The notes: generated by a model not told the origin, from the letters alone. DNA of 64,000 nt from an uncultured Actinomycetota bacterium (GCA_963829525.1 CAWHIJ010000003.1:1280001-1344000), one strand, 5' to 3'; numbered from the stretch's first letter, positions 1 to 11,033 are shown. Program-made: numbers and translations.

Positions 1-2
1 GG

Positions 3-1868
3 CAGGACGTTCGCTTCGGAGACACCATCTCTTTGAGCGGTTCGCCAAGGCCGGCCCCCAAGACGCGCCCGCTGGCCGCCTTCGTCTTCGTCTCCGACGC
101 CCCGACCGTCGTTGCGCGCGCACCCGGGCCACTGAGGGGGGCTGAGGCGATGCGTCGTGGACTGCGCACGGCGATCGCGGGCGCGGGCGCGGACGCCCAG
201 GGTCTGTTGCCGGCTCTTGTTGTCGGCGACACCAGTGCGATGCCCCCACTGCTGACGGCCGACCTTCGCAACAGCGGCTTGGCCCACTTGACCGCGGTAT
301 CAGGCGCCAACGTAGCCATCGTTGTGGGTGTCGCGCTGTCGGCGGCGCGATGGGCAGGGGTGCGCGGCTACGCCCTCGTCTGGGTGGGTCTGATCGTCGT
401 CGCGTGGTTCGTCATGCTCGCGCGTCCGCAGCCGAGCGTGCTGAGGGCCGCTGTCATGGGGTCACTTGCGCTGGTCGCCGTTGGGATGGTGGGTCGCACC
501 CAGGCGGTCCGCTCGCTGTTGGCCAGCGCGGCGCTGCTACTGCTCGCTGACCCATGGCTCTCTCGATCTTGGGGCTTTGCTCTGTCGGTAGCCGCTACCG
601 CTGGTCTGGTGCTGTTGGCCCGGCGGTGGAGCCGCCAGCTGCCCGAACGCTGGCCACTGCCGGTGCGCGAGGCCACCGCCGTTGCCCTGGCCGCCCAGGT
701 GGCCACGCTTCCCCTGGTCGTTGCTCTGTCGGGTCAACTCGCCGTGTTGTCAGTAGTGGCCAACCTGTTGGCGGCACCTGCGGTGGCCCCGGCCACGGTG
801 TTGGGGGCCTCCGCCGCGGCTGTCTCGCCAGTGCTGCCGGCGTTGGCCCACGGGTTGGCGTGGCTCGGGCAGTGGCCAACGGCCTGGATCGCGACTGTGG
901 CACACCGAATAGCGGCCGCGCCGCTGGCCACGTTGCCTTGGCCGGATGGCTGGGTCGGTGGCGTGGTTGGTCTCGGGGTCTCGTTGTTGGGCTCGGCAGT
1001 CTGGTGGGTGGGGAGTGGACGCGGGTGGTGGCGCCCTCGGCATCTACTCCTCTTGGGATTGATCGCTGCGGTTGTCCTTGCGGCGCTCGTGGCGGGTCCT
1101 GGGCGATGGCCGCCGCAGGGGTGGGTGCTGGTTGCCTGCGACGTCGGTCAAGGGGACGCCCTGGTCGTCAACCTTGGCGCGGGGGAAGGTCTCGTCGTCG
1201 ATGCTGGCCCTGAACCTGCCCTGGTCGACCGTTGCCTGGACCGACTCGGAATCGAAAGGGTGCCGTTGCTGGTGCTGACGCACTTCCACGCCGACCACGT
1301 CGACGGTCTTCCAGGGGTGATCGATGGTCGACGCGTCGAGTCGGTTCTGGTCAGCCCTCTTCGCGACCCACCCGAGCAAGTCGACATGGTGGCTGCCGCT
1401 ACGGCCGAGATGACGGTCACCGACGCCGTCCCCGGCCAGACCGGGCAGTGGGGGGCGGCGACCTGGCGTGTGCTCTGGCCAGTCGAGCTCATCAGGGGAG
1501 ACGGCTCCGACGCCAACAATGCCTCTGTCGTACTTCTTGTCGAGGTCTCTGGCATCCGCATGCTGCTAACCGGTGATGTCGAACCAGCCGCACAGCAAGC
1601 GATGCTGCACGAAGGCGGTGTGCCTCAGGCTGACGTGCTCAAGGTTCCGCATCACGGATCGCGGTTCCAGGATGAGAGCTTCCTCTCGGCCGTCGGTGCC
1701 CGAGTGGCGGTGATCAGTGTGGGGGAGAGCAATCCTTACGGGCATCCGTCGCCTGAGTTGATCGACTCGCTCACAGACGCGGGGGTGCTTGTTGCTCGGA
1801 CCGATACCGACGGCAGCCTGGCGGTCGTGGTCGACGGCGAAGACCTCCGGGTGGTCGGGCTGGGTTGA
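3..1868 (+). CDS. comEC: ComEC/Rec2 competence protein (5' truncated by window edge)
   Basis: Frame open from base 3; competence-domain motifs GLAHLTAVSGAN and PSVLRAAVM; C-terminal MBL domain with DVGQGD, THFHADH, KVPHHGS, NPYGHP. Confidence 0.93.
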   Translation, partial: QDVRFGDTISLSGSPRPAPKTRPLAAFVFVSDAPTVVARAPGPLRGAEAMRRGLRTAIAGAGADAQGLLPALVVGDTSAMPPLLTADLRNSGLAHLTAVSGANVAIVVGVALSAARWAGVRGYALVWVGLIVVAWFVMLARPQPSVLRAAVMGSLALVAVGMVGRTQAVRSLLASAALLLLADPWLSRSWGFALSVAATAGLVLLARRWSRQLPERWPLPVREATAVALAAQVATLPLVVALSGQLAVLSVVANLLAAPAVAPATVLGASAAAVSPVLPALAHGLAWLGQWPTAWIATVAHRIAAAPLATLPWPDGWVGGVVGLGVSLLGSAVWWVGSGRGWWRPRHLLLLGLIAAVVLAALVAGPGRWPPQGWVLVACDVGQGDALVVNLGAGEGLVVDAGPEPALVDRCLDRLGIERVPLLVLTHFHADHVDGLPGVIDGRRVESVLVSPLRDPPEQVDMVAAATAEMTVTDAVPGQTGQWGAATWRVLWPVELIRGDGSDANNASVVLLVEVSGIRMLLTGDVEPAAQQAMLHEGGVPQADVLKVPHHGSRFQDESFLSAVGARVAVISVGESNPYGHPSPELIDSLTDAGVLVARTDTDGSLAVVVDGEDLRVVGLG

Positions 1869-1920
1869 GCAAGCGGCGCATCAGGCGTGCGCAGACTGCC
1901 CGTCAGCTCGGTGCTGCCCG

Positions 1921-3402
1921 CTACCCGGATGTGGGGACACCAACGTCGTGTTGCGCCAGTGCGTGCCGGTCGGCGTTGATCAGGACCGCCGACACGATGG
2001 CGGCCACGCCGAGGACTCCGGCGGATACGGCGAATGCGACCGCGAAGCCGTGGACCACCCCTGCCTGAGCGGATTCTGGACCGTTCGCCGTGATGTACGC
2101 AGCCGTAGCTGAGGCCGCGATGGTATTCATCACGGCGATACCGAGCGAACCACCGATCTGCTGAGTCGTGTTGAGCAATCCTGAAGCGACACCGGCATCG
2201 TGAGGGGAGACCCCGAACAACGCGGTGGCCGCCAACGAGACGAACACGAACCCGAGGCCCAGGCTCATCAAGGCCAGAGCCGGCAAGATGTGGGTGAGGT
2301 ACTGCGGTGTCGTGTCGAGTTGGGTGAGCCATAGCATGCCGAGGGTCGCTCCCACCAGGCCACCCGTAACGAGTGGCCGCGGCCCGAACCTTGGGAGCAG
2401 TTGGCTGGCCAACCCGGCGCTGATGATGATGCCGATCGAGAAGGGCAGGAACGCAAAGCCCGACTTCAAGGCGGAGTATCCGAGTACGCCCTGGAAGTAG
2501 TAGCTCAGTAACAGGAACATGGCGAATAGCCCACCGGCGGTCAAAAACATCGTGACGAAGGAACCGCCCCGGTTGCGATCCTCTACGACGCGGCTCGGTA
2601 GGAGCGGATTGCGGGTTCGCACTTCGATGACTCTGAAGGCCACAAGCAGCGCGACGGCGAGCGCGAACAGCGTGAGCGTGACTGGGTCAGCCCAGCCATC
2701 GGTGCCTGCCTTGGTGATTCCGTAAACCAAGGTGACAAGACCAAGAGTTGCGGTGACCGCACCGGGAATGTCGTAACTGGTGTCGCCAGGCGCACGGCTC
2801 TCCTTGACGAATGGGATAGCCAACGCGACTGTGAGCAGCGCAAACGGAACGTTGACGAGAAGGCACCAGCGCCAGGATGCGTACTCGGTGAGGATGCCCC
2901 CCACAATCAGCCCGATGGCGGCGCCGCCGCCGGAGATGGCGCCATAGACACCGAAGGCCTTGGCTCGCTCCTTGCTCTCGGTGAACGTAACGGTAATCAA
3001 GGACAGTGCGGCTGGAGCCAGTAGAGCGGCGAATACCCCCTGTAGAGCACGCGCCCCGAACAGCAGCCCTGCGTTCGGCGCAAGGCCACCCAACGCTGAT
3101 GCGAATGCGAAGCCGACAAGACCAAGCATGAAGGTGCGCTTGCGTCCCCAGTAGTCAGCGATTCGACCGCCGAGAAGCAACAGGCCACCAAACGCCAGCG
3201 TGTAGGCGGTAACAACCCATTGCCGGTCCGAGTCGGTGATCCCGAGGTCTTGCTGTGCTGAGGGCAGTGCGATGTTGACGATGGACGCGTCCAGGATGAC
3301 CATTAGCTGCGCCATCGCGATCACGAACAGAGCACGCCAACGCTTGGGATCGGGCGCTTCGGGGGTTACCTCAGAACGGGCGTCAGGCGAGTTCGAGGAC
3401 AC
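1921..3402 (-). CDS. MFS transporter, DHA2 (EmrB/QacA-like) drug efflux family
   Basis: LDASIVNIALP, motif A GRIADYWGRKR, WRWCLLVNVP, many hydrophobic segments. Confidence 0.9.
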   Translation of the reverse strand: MSSNSPDARSEVTPEAPDPKRWRALFVIAMAQLMVILDASIVNIALPSAQQDLGITDSDRQWVVTAYTLAFGGLLLLGGRIADYWGRKRTFMLGLVGFAFASALGGLAPNAGLLFGARALQGVFAALLAPAALSLITVTFTESKERAKAFGVYGAISGGGAAIGLIVGGILTEYASWRWCLLVNVPFALLTVALAIPFVKESRAPGDTSYDIPGAVTATLGLVTLVYGITKAGTDGWADPVTLTLFALAVALLVAFRVIEVRTRNPLLPSRVVEDRNRGGSFVTMFLTAGGLFAMFLLLSYYFQGVLGYSALKSGFAFLPFSIGIIISAGLASQLLPRFGPRPLVTGGLVGATLGMLWLTQLDTTPQYLTHILPALALMSLGLGFVFVSLAATALFGVSPHDAGVASGLLNTTQQIGGSLGIAVMNTIAASATAAYITANGPESAQAGVVHGFAVAFAVSAGVLGVAAIVSAVLINADRHALAQHDVGVPTSG

Positions 3403-3798
3403 AGTGCGCCTCTCCTCCCCAGGCGGCGAGAGGAGCAGTGCTCTTCAGCACTCCGTGGCTCTGGACGACGGGGTACGGGGACTTTGTCACGTTCGAACCG
3501 AACCTTAGCGAAGACCTCGCTATTCCTGATCTCTGGAGGGACTTGAGGCGGCGAGGCCGGATTCAGCTGTCGGCCATCTCCGAAGGGATGCTCGACGAGA
3601 TCACCGAAGTTCAGAAGTTCCGACCATGCCGCCAACCTCCTAGAACGCGAGACATGTTCCGCATGAACGACGCGCACCGTCGCTGTGCAGGTAACCATCT
3701 CCCGGAAGCGATGTACCTGAAACTTGAGACAGTAGCCGCGCGGTCGGGCACAGGAGTGGGGCCGTGCTCCGTCGGTGGCATCTGAGATGCTGGCCGGG

Positions 3799-4791
3799 AT
3801 GACCGTACAGCCGCTCACCGTGATCACCGGCAACGAAGAGTTGCTCGTCGAGCGCGCGCTCAAGGAGCTCATGGCCGAGGTGGTCGGTCCCGAGGCAGAG
3901 GTCATTGAGCTCTCGGCTCGGGCGCTGCAGCCGGGCCAGCTCGGTGTGGCCGCGTCGCCGTCGCTCTTCGGCGGCCCCCCCATCGTTGTCATCGATGGCA
4001 TCGAGAACCTGGTGCAGTCCAACCCTGACGTCGCGGCAGCCCTGGACGAAGTCATGGCTTACATCGCCGCCCCAAGTCCGGACGCCATCGTGGTCCTGGT
4101 GCACGGCGGCGGAAACGGTGGCAAGGGTGTCCTGAACGCCGCCAAGAAGGCGGGCGCGGAAACGGTGACAACGCCGACGTCCCCTTCCGGGGCGAACCAG
4201 CTGCGCCAGAACCGGGCCGGGTTCGTCAAGACCGAGCTCGCCAACCTCAGCTGTCATGCCGACCAGGCGGCCATCGAGGTTCTGATCAATGCCGTCGGCA
4301 CCAAGCTGCGTGATCTCTCCGGTGCGTGCGCCCAGCTGGTCAGCGACCTCGGGACCGGTGGCCGACTAGACGAAGAGGCGGTCCGCCGCTACTACGGTGG
4401 CCGGGTCGAGGTGCAGGGCTTCGACATCGCCGACCAGGTAATTGCCGGCCGCACGGCTGAGGCTCTCGGGTTGTTGCGCCACGCCCGCGAGTCCGGCGTC
4501 CCCGCCGTGCTGGTGACCGCGGCGCTCGGGCGGTCGCTTCGGCAGCTGGCCCTCGTTGCGACAGCGCCGCGAGGGGCGTCGGCCGACTCGGTCGCGGCAA
4601 TGGCAGGAGCTCCCGCTTGGAGGGTGAAGGACATTCGAGTTTTGGCTCGAGACTGGTCTGAGCCGGGACTCGCGTCCGCGATCAAGGCTGTTGCGGTGGC
4701 AGACACCGACGTCAAGACCGGGGCGGTAGACCCCGAGTACGCGCTGGAGCGAATGCTGATCACGGTGGGACGCGCCCGGCGCCAGCACTGA
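3799..4791 (+). CDS. holA: DNA polymerase III delta subunit
   Basis: GNEELLVERA, SPSLFGG, C-terminal DVKTGAVDPEYALE; lies between comEC and rpsT; ATG 3799 chosen as start. Confidence 0.88.
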   Translation: MTVQPLTVITGNEELLVERALKELMAEVVGPEAEVIELSARALQPGQLGVAASPSLFGGPPIVVIDGIENLVQSNPDVAAALDEVMAYIAAPSPDAIVVLVHGGGNGGKGVLNAAKKAGAETVTTPTSPSGANQLRQNRAGFVKTELANLSCHADQAAIEVLINAVGTKLRDLSGACAQLVSDLGTGGRLDEEAVRRYYGGRVEVQGFDIADQVIAGRTAEALGLLRHARESGVPAVLVTAALGRSLRQLALVATAPRGASADSVAAMAGAPAWRVKDIRVLARDWSEPGLASAIKAVAVADTDVKTGAVDPEYALERMLITVGRARRQH

Positions 4792-4822
4792 GCCGTCGAA
4801 GATCTGGAGCCCGAAAGGGCAG

Positions 4823-4846
4823 AAAAAAGCCGCGCGGTGCGCGGCT
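4823..4846 (-). terminator. Intrinsic terminator of rpsT
   Basis: AGCCGCGC-ggt-GCGCGGCT hairpin (4828-4846) with adjacent A-run 4823-4828, which is a U-tract on the minus strand. Confidence 0.75.
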
Positions 4847-4882
4847 CTCCTCTAGCTGCCGGCCACTGCCGGCGGGGGCGTC

Positions 4883-5146
4883 CTAGGCAACCTTGGCCAG
4901 GCGAGCGGCCATGCGGGACTTCTTGTTGGCGGCCTGGTTGGCATGGATGACACCCTTGCTGGCTGCCTTGTCGACCAGCTGGGAGGCGTCACGCATCAGC
5001 GCCTCGGCCTGAGCCTTGTCACCGGCGTCCGCGGCTTCGCGGAACTTGCGGATTGCCGTCTTGAACTCGGACTTGACGGCCTTGTTGCGGTCCGTTGCCT
5101 TAGCGTTCTGCCGGTTGCGCTTGATCTGGGACTTGATGTTCGCCAC
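4883..5146 (-). CDS. rpsT: 30S ribosomal protein S20
   Basis: GTG start, [12 protein letters not shown]...[19 protein letters not shown]; 87 aa. Confidence 0.97.
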   Translation of the reverse strand: MANIKSQIKRNRQNAKATDRNKAVKSEFKTAIRKFREAADAGDKAQAEALMRDASQLVDKAASKGVIHANQAANKKSRMAARLAKVA

Positions 5147-5401
5147 GGTGCGTTTTGCCTCAGTTCTCGGGGTGAGGTTCTTCAGGTAATCGGTTTTGTC
5201 GGGCTCGCGCCGGTGGGTCGGGCGAGCCGACGGCCACACAGGCCCTTCACGATACCGGCCAGCCTGCGCGGTCACCAAACTGGCTCAGAAGCCGGGCGCT
5301 TCGTGACCTGTGGGGCCACCACCGATCAGTGCCTTAGCTCTTTGACGTGGGACAATGGAGCGTCCCCGCCGGCCCCCTGACCCATTCCCGAAGGAAGCTG
5401 C

Positions 5402-7255
5402 GTGCCCGCGACCCCTGACGGCCGAGTGCCGCAAGCGGCGTCCACCGATCCTTCGGTGATTCGCAACTTCTGCATCATCGCTCACATCGATCACGGCAAG
5501 TCCACCCTCGCCGACCGCATGTTGCAGGCGACCGGCGTCGTCGACCAGCGCCTCATGCGGGCCCAGTACCTCGACCGGATGGACATCGAACGTGAACGCG
5601 GAATCACCATCAAGTCACAGGCCGTCCGCCTGCCGTGGACGGGCCCAACGGGCACCGACCACATCCTGAACATGATCGACACCCCTGGACACGTCGACTT
5701 CACGTATGAGGTCTCGCGCTCCCTGGCTGCCTGCGAGGGCGCTGTGCTCCTTGTCGACGCCGCGCAGGGCATCGAGGCGCAGACGCTGGCCAACCTCTAT
5801 CTGGCGCTCGAGAACGACTTGCAGGTCATCCCGGTGCTCAACAAGATCGACCTGCCGGCGGCGCAACCTGACAAGTACGCAGAAGAGCTGGCCCACTTGA
5901 TCGGTTGCCAGCCCGAGGACTGTTTGCGTGTGTCCGGCAAGACGGGCGACGGCGTCGAACGGCTGCTCGACGAGATCGTCACGCTCGTCCCGGCACCGGT
6001 TGGCGATCCCAATGCCGCAGCGCGGGCGATGATCTTTGACTCCGTCTACGACACCTATCGTGGAGTCGTCACCTATGTGCGCGTGATCGATGGCCGGCTT
6101 ACCCCGCGTGAGAAGATCAAGATGATGTCGACCGGCGTGACGCACGAGATGCTCGACATCGGCGTCATCTCACCTGAGCCCGTGCCGACGCAGGGGCTAG
6201 GGGTCGGCGAGGTGGGCTACCTCATCACCGGCGTCAAGGACGTGCGGCAGTCGAGGGTCGGCGACACCGTCACCGACGCCCCCAAGCCAGCTACCCAGGC
6301 GCTCCCTGGCTTTCGCGACCCTAAACCGATGGTGTTCTCGGGTCTCTTCCCGATCGACGGCTCCGACTACCCCGAGCTGCGCGACGCCCTCGAGCGGCTG
6401 CAGCTGAACGACGCCGCCCTGGTGTGGGAACCGGAGACATCGACGGCCCTTGGTTTTGGCTTCAGATGTGGCTACCTCGGGCTGCTGCACCTCGAGATCG
6501 TGCGGGAGCGCCTTGAGCGTGAGTCCAACTTGGAGCTGATCTCCACGGCGCCGAACGTGGTCTACCGCGTGGTCATGGAGGACGGCTCGGAGATCGTCGT
6601 CACGAACCCCAGCGAGTTTCCAGTCGGCAAGATCGCCGAGGTGTATGAACCGGTCGTGCGGGCAACGGTGCTGGCGCCGTCGGAGTTCATCGGCACGATC
6701 ATGGAGCTTTGTCAGGGACGACGCGGCCAGCTGCTGGGCATGGACTACCTCTCGGAGGAACGCGTCGAGCTGCGTTACATGCTGCCGCTAGCCGAGATCG
6801 TCTTCGACTTCTTCGACTTGTTGAAGTCACGCACGCGCGGGTACGCGTCCCTCGACTACGAACAGAAGGGCGAGCAGGCGGCCGAGCTCGTCAAGGTGGA
6901 CATTCTTCTGCACGGCGATGCCGTCGACGCGTTCAGTGCCGTCGTGCACAAGGACAAGGCTTACGCGTACGGCGTCGCCATGGCCCAGAAGCTCAAAGAC
7001 CTCATTCCACGGCAACAGTTCGAGGTGCCGATCCAGGCGGCCATTGGTGCCAGGATCATTGCCCGCGAGAACATCCGGGCGATTCGGAAGGACGTCCTGG
7101 CCAAGTGCTACGGCGGTGACATCTCGCGTAAGCGCAAGCTGCTCGAGAAGCAGAAAGAGGGAAAGAAGCGGATGAAGATGGTGGGCCGCGTCGAGGTGCC
7201 GCAGGAAGCCTTTATCGCCGCGCTCTCCAACGAAGACACCACTGCCAAGAAGTAG
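5402..7255 (+). CDS. lepA: Translation elongation factor 4 (LepA)
   Basis: [53 protein letters not shown]. Confidence 0.98.
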   Translation: MPATPDGRVPQAASTDPSVIRNFCIIAHIDHGKSTLADRMLQATGVVDQRLMRAQYLDRMDIERERGITIKSQAVRLPWTGPTGTDHILNMIDTPGHVDFTYEVSRSLAACEGAVLLVDAAQGIEAQTLANLYLALENDLQVIPVLNKIDLPAAQPDKYAEELAHLIGCQPEDCLRVSGKTGDGVERLLDEIVTLVPAPVGDPNAAARAMIFDSVYDTYRGVVTYVRVIDGRLTPREKIKMMSTGVTHEMLDIGVISPEPVPTQGLGVGEVGYLITGVKDVRQSRVGDTVTDAPKPATQALPGFRDPKPMVFSGLFPIDGSDYPELRDALERLQLNDAALVWEPETSTALGFGFRCGYLGLLHLEIVRERLERESNLELISTAPNVVYRVVMEDGSEIVVTNPSEFPVGKIAEVYEPVVRATVLAPSEFIGTIMELCQGRRGQLLGMDYLSEERVELRYMLPLAEIVFDFFDLLKSRTRGYASLDYEQKGEQAAELVKVDILLHGDAVDAFSAVVHKDKAYAYGVAMAQKLKDLIPRQQFEVPIQAAIGARIIARENIRAIRKDVLAKCYGGDISRKRKLLEKQKEGKKRMKMVGRVEVPQEAFIAALSNEDTTAKK

Positions 7256-7263
7256 CCCAGAGC

Positions 7264-7288
7264 AGGGTTTGCCGAAAAGGCGAACCTT
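7264..7288 (+). terminator. Hairpin after lepA (possible terminator)
   Basis: AGGGTTTGCC-gaaaa-GGCGAACCTT, 10-bp stem including G-U pairs; no U-tract. Confidence 0.4.
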
Positions 7289-7360
7289 GGTGCGTGAGTC
7301 CAGTGGTGCGGACGCCCCCCGCTGCCTACGCTGGCCACACCGCGACTATCGGAGGACCGA

Positions 7361-9196
7361 ATGACGATGCCGATCACCGGCAGCGCCGAAGCTAGTTATC
7401 CCCGTCCGGCGCGCTCGGTCGCGCGGATGCTCGTGGACCGCGTCGATGCGACGCCGCGGCGTGAGGCTTTGCGGTTCCCCACAGATCACGGTTGGGAGTC
7501 ACTCAGCTGGGACCAGGTCGGCCAACAGTCCTACGACCTGGCTGCAGGGCTGCTGGCGCTGGGGCTCACCAGCGAGCAGCGGGTCGCGCTGATCTGCTCC
7601 ACCCGGTACGAGTGGATCCTCGCCGACCTCGCCGTCATGTGTGCCGGGGGAGCCACGACGGCGGTTTACCCCTCGACCGAGCAGAGTGATGTCGCCTACA
7701 TCGTTGCCGACTCGGGCAGCCGGTTCGTCTTCGCCGAGAACGACACCCAGGTGTCCAAGCTGAGGGCCACGCGCCACGAGCTGCCTGCCGTCGAAAAGGT
7801 CATCGTCATCGATGGCGATGGGGATGGCGACTGGGTGATCTCGTGGCGCGACCTCGCCCGCCTCGGGGCCGACCACCTGCGCGCCCATCCGGCCGCGGTC
7901 GACGGCGTGATCGCAACGATCGAGCCCGACCACCTTGCCACGCTGATCTACACCTCAGGCACGACGGGCCGCCCCAAGGGGGTCGAGCTCGCCCAGTCGT
8001 GCTGGACGTATGAGGGCGCCTGCATCGACGCTGTGGAGATCTTGACCCTTGAAGATGTCCAGTTCCTCTGGCTGCCGCTCTCACACTCGTTCGGCAAGGT
8101 GCTACTGGCGGCGATGTTGCAGATCGGGTTCGCGACGGCTGTCGATGGTCGGGTGGACAAGATCGCCGACGGGCTTGCAGAGGTCCAGCCCACCTTCATG
8201 GCCGGTGCTCCGCGAATCTTCGAGAAGGTGCGGGCCAGGGTCATTCAGACCGCGATCGGGGAAGGTGGAGCCAAGGCGTCGATCGCCCAGTGGGCCTTTG
8301 CCGTTGGACTTCAGGTATCCCGTCGGCGCCAGAAGGGCTTGGAGCCGGTCGGGCTGCTGAAAGTGCAGTACGCCATCGCTGACGCCCTTGTCTTCAAGAA
8401 GATCCGTGGTCGCCTGGGCGGAAGGATCCGCTACCTCGTTTCTGGAAGTGCTGCTCTGAGTGGCGACGTGGCCGAGTGGTTCGAAGCTGCCGGCCTGCTC
8501 ATCCTCGAAGGTTACGGACTCACCGAGACCAGCGCCGGAACGTGTCTGAACCGTCCGCACAACTGGGCCTTCGACACAGTGGGAGAGCCCTTTCCGGGCA
8601 GTGAGATCCGGATCGCCGCTGACGGCGAGATCCAGGTTCGCGGACCCGGGGTCATGCGCGGATACCACCACATGCCAGAGCAGACAGCCGCGGTGCTGGA
8701 CGCTGACGGCTGGTTCTCAACCGGCGACGTCGGCGAGATTGATGCGGGTGGCCGGGTGCGGATCACCGACCGGAAGAAGGACCTCGTCAAGACGTCTGGT
8801 GGCAAGTACATTGCCCCCTCGGTGATCGAGGCCCGCCTCAAGGCATCCAGCCCGATCGTCGGCCACGCCGTTGTTCATGCCGACAAGCGCAACTTCGCTA
8901 GCGCGCTCATAACCCTCGATCCCGATACCGCTCCGCAGTGGGCCGAGAGCGAAGGCATCACCGGTGACTATGTCTCCCTCACCGACAACGCCCAGGTGCG
9001 TACCCACCTCCAAGAGCGGATCGACGAGCTCAACAAGTCACTCAACCGCTGGGAAACTATCAAGCAGTTTCGGGTACTCGACCATGACTTCACAGTCGAG
9101 ACCGGCGAGCTGACGCCGAGCCAGAAGGTCAAGAGAAGAGTGGTGGAGAACATGTACTCAGACATTCTCGACGGCATGTACGTGGGGTCGAAGTGA
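7361..9196 (+). CDS. Long-chain fatty acid-CoA ligase (FadD11/FadD15-like)
   Basis: YTSGTTGRPKG, EGYGLTET, TGDVG, ITDRKKDLVKTSGGKYIAP; GGAGG RBS at 7351. Confidence 0.92.
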   Translation: MTMPITGSAEASYPRPARSVARMLVDRVDATPRREALRFPTDHGWESLSWDQVGQQSYDLAAGLLALGLTSEQRVALICSTRYEWILADLAVMCAGGATTAVYPSTEQSDVAYIVADSGSRFVFAENDTQVSKLRATRHELPAVEKVIVIDGDGDGDWVISWRDLARLGADHLRAHPAAVDGVIATIEPDHLATLIYTSGTTGRPKGVELAQSCWTYEGACIDAVEILTLEDVQFLWLPLSHSFGKVLLAAMLQIGFATAVDGRVDKIADGLAEVQPTFMAGAPRIFEKVRARVIQTAIGEGGAKASIAQWAFAVGLQVSRRRQKGLEPVGLLKVQYAIADALVFKKIRGRLGGRIRYLVSGSAALSGDVAEWFEAAGLLILEGYGLTETSAGTCLNRPHNWAFDTVGEPFPGSEIRIAADGEIQVRGPGVMRGYHHMPEQTAAVLDADGWFSTGDVGEIDAGGRVRITDRKKDLVKTSGGKYIAPSVIEARLKASSPIVGHAVVHADKRNFASALITLDPDTAPQWAESEGITGDYVSLTDNAQVRTHLQERIDELNKSLNRWETIKQFRVLDHDFTVETGELTPSQKVKRRVVENMYSDILDGMYVGSK

Positions 9197-9756
9197 CAGC
9201 AGAGGTCAAGGTGCTGGTCGAAGGCTATGCCGACGACCGTGTCGCTGGCACCGTCACGCTGATCCGAGACGGCGACGCAGTGATCGTTGTCGATCCAGGC
9301 ATGGTGGCCGACCGCAGGCTCATCCTTGACCCGCTCACCGCCCTTGGAATCCACGCTGACGCTGTGACAGATGTCGTGTTCAGCCACCATCACCTCGATC
9401 ACACGTTGCACGCAGCCCTCTTTCCCAATGCCCGTTTCCACGACTTCCAGGCGATCTACCAGGGCGACGTCTGGGAGGATCGAGCGGCAGAGGGCTTCGC
9501 CGTTGGCCCGAACACCACCCTTCTTGAGACGCGTGGGCACACTGACCAGGACATCTCGACGGTCGTTCAGACTGATGCCGGCGTAGTGGTGCTCACGCAC
9601 CTGTGGTGGTCTGCCGAAGGTCCGATGGAAGACCCGTTCGCGCCAGACGCCGAGATCTTGCGCGTCTCGCGACAGCGCATCCTCGCGTTGTCGCCCGCGC
9701 AGATCATCCCCGGTCACGGGCCGGCGTTCGTCCCTGACGAAACGACGCCGGTCTAG
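9193..9756 (+). CDS. Small metallo-beta-lactamase-fold hydrolase
   Basis: VVDPG, SHHHLDH (HxHxDH), GHT, PGHG; GTGA overlap with upstream gene. Confidence 0.85.
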   Translation: MTAEVKVLVEGYADDRVAGTVTLIRDGDAVIVVDPGMVADRRLILDPLTALGIHADAVTDVVFSHHHLDHTLHAALFPNARFHDFQAIYQGDVWEDRAAEGFAVGPNTTLLETRGHTDQDISTVVQTDAGVVVLTHLWWSAEGPMEDPFAPDAEILRVSRQRILALSPAQIIPGHGPAFVPDETTPV

Positions 9757-9791
9757 CCGCTCAGGACCGCGACGCTGACAGACTGACGTTT

Positions 9792-11033
9792 ATGCCCAGC
9801 ACGCCCCCTGACGGCGAACCGGCGCCATCAAATGGTCGCCTGCCCGACGCCGCTCTGCGTGAAGTTGGGAGCGTTCCGTTCGGGGCCTACATTCATGTGC
9901 CGTTCTGTGCGACTCGGTGCGGGTACTGCGACTTCAACACTTATACATCTGACGAGCTGCAGGAGACGACGCAGCGGCAGTACATCGGTGCGGTGCTGGC
10001 CGAGATCGATCTGGCGCGTCGCGTCGTGCCGCACGCGCCCCCGTTGACCTCTGTCTTCTTCGGAGGAGGAACACCGACCCTGCTCGCGGCTACCGACCAG
10101 GCCCTGCTGCTAAAGGCGTTGACGGAGGCTTTCGGTCTGGTCGAAGATGCTGAGGTCACCACCGAGGCCAACCCGGAGTCGGTGACTGCCGAGCAGTTGG
10201 ACGCGCTGCGCGCGTGCGGGGTCAACCGCATCTCGTTTGGGATGCAGAGCGCGATACCGCATGTGTTGGCCACGTTGGACCGTGCACACACGCCAGGGCG
10301 GGTGGTCGAAGCTGTGGGGCAGGCTCGCGCGGCAGGCTTCGACAGTGTCAGCGTCGACCTCATCTATGGGACTCCCGGAGAGACCATCAGCCAGTGGCGC
10401 ACGTCGATCGAGGCGGCGATCGCTCTGGAGCCAGAGCACATCAGCGCCTATGCGCTGATCGTGGAGGAGGGGACCGCTCTCGCGCGGCGGATCTACCGGG
10501 GTGAGATCGCCGGGGTGGACGACGACGACCAAGCCGTCAAGTACGAGTTGGCCGACGAGCTGCTGAGCGCAGCCGGCTACGGCTGGTACGAGGTGTCCAA
10601 CTGGGCGAACTCGCCGGGGCATCGCAGTCGACACAATCTTGCCTACTGGAAGGGGCACCACTGGTGGGGATTCGGCCCTGGTGCCCACAGCCACGTCGGC
10701 GGAGTGCGGTGGTGGAACGTCAAGCATCCCCGTGCCTACGCTGAGCGGCTCGCTGGCGGCCACAGTCCGGCGCTTGCGAGAGAAGTCCTCGGGGCGTCGA
10801 CCCGCCACGTGGAACGCGTACTACTTGAGGTGCGCCTGGCCGACGGCCTTGCTGCCGACGTTCTTCCTCCGGAAGCGCGTACCGAATGCAAGAAGCTGGT
10901 GACTGAGGGTTTGCTCGATGCCAACGCGTTGGAGTCTGGACGGGTGGTCCTCACGCTGCAGGGACGGCTGCTCGCCGACCTGGTGGTTCGTAGGCTCGTT
11001 ACAAACGAGAGGAGCGGCAATGACGAGGTGTGA
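9792..11033 (+). CDS. hemW: Radical SAM heme chaperone HemW
   Basis: YIHVPFCATRCGYCDFN (CxxxCxxC), FFGGGTPT, HNLAYW; located between lepA and hrcA. Confidence 0.92.
   Translation: MPSTPPDGEPAPSNGRLPDAALREVGSVPFGAYIHVPFCATRCGYCDFNTYTSDELQETTQRQYIGAVLAEIDLARRVVPHAPPLTSVFFGGGTPTLLAATDQALLLKALTEAFGLVEDAEVTTEANPESVTAEQLDALRACGVNRISFGMQSAIPHVLATLDRAHTPGRVVEAVGQARAAGFDSVSVDLIYGTPGETISQWRTSIEAAIALEPEHISAYALIVEEGTALARRIYRGEIAGVDDDDQAVKYELADELLSAAGYGWYEVSNWANSPGHRSRHNLAYWKGHHWWGFGPGAHSHVGGVRWWNVKHPRAYAERLAGGHSPALAREVLGASTRHVERVLLEVRLADGLAADVLPPEARTECKKLVTEGLLDANALESGRVVLTLQGRLLADLVVRRLVTNERSGNDEV

Noticed and set aside
3438-3785. 115-aa plus-strand ORF between the MFS gene and holA
   Set aside because: No RBS and no recognisable motif; the region is better explained as leader and promoter sequence.
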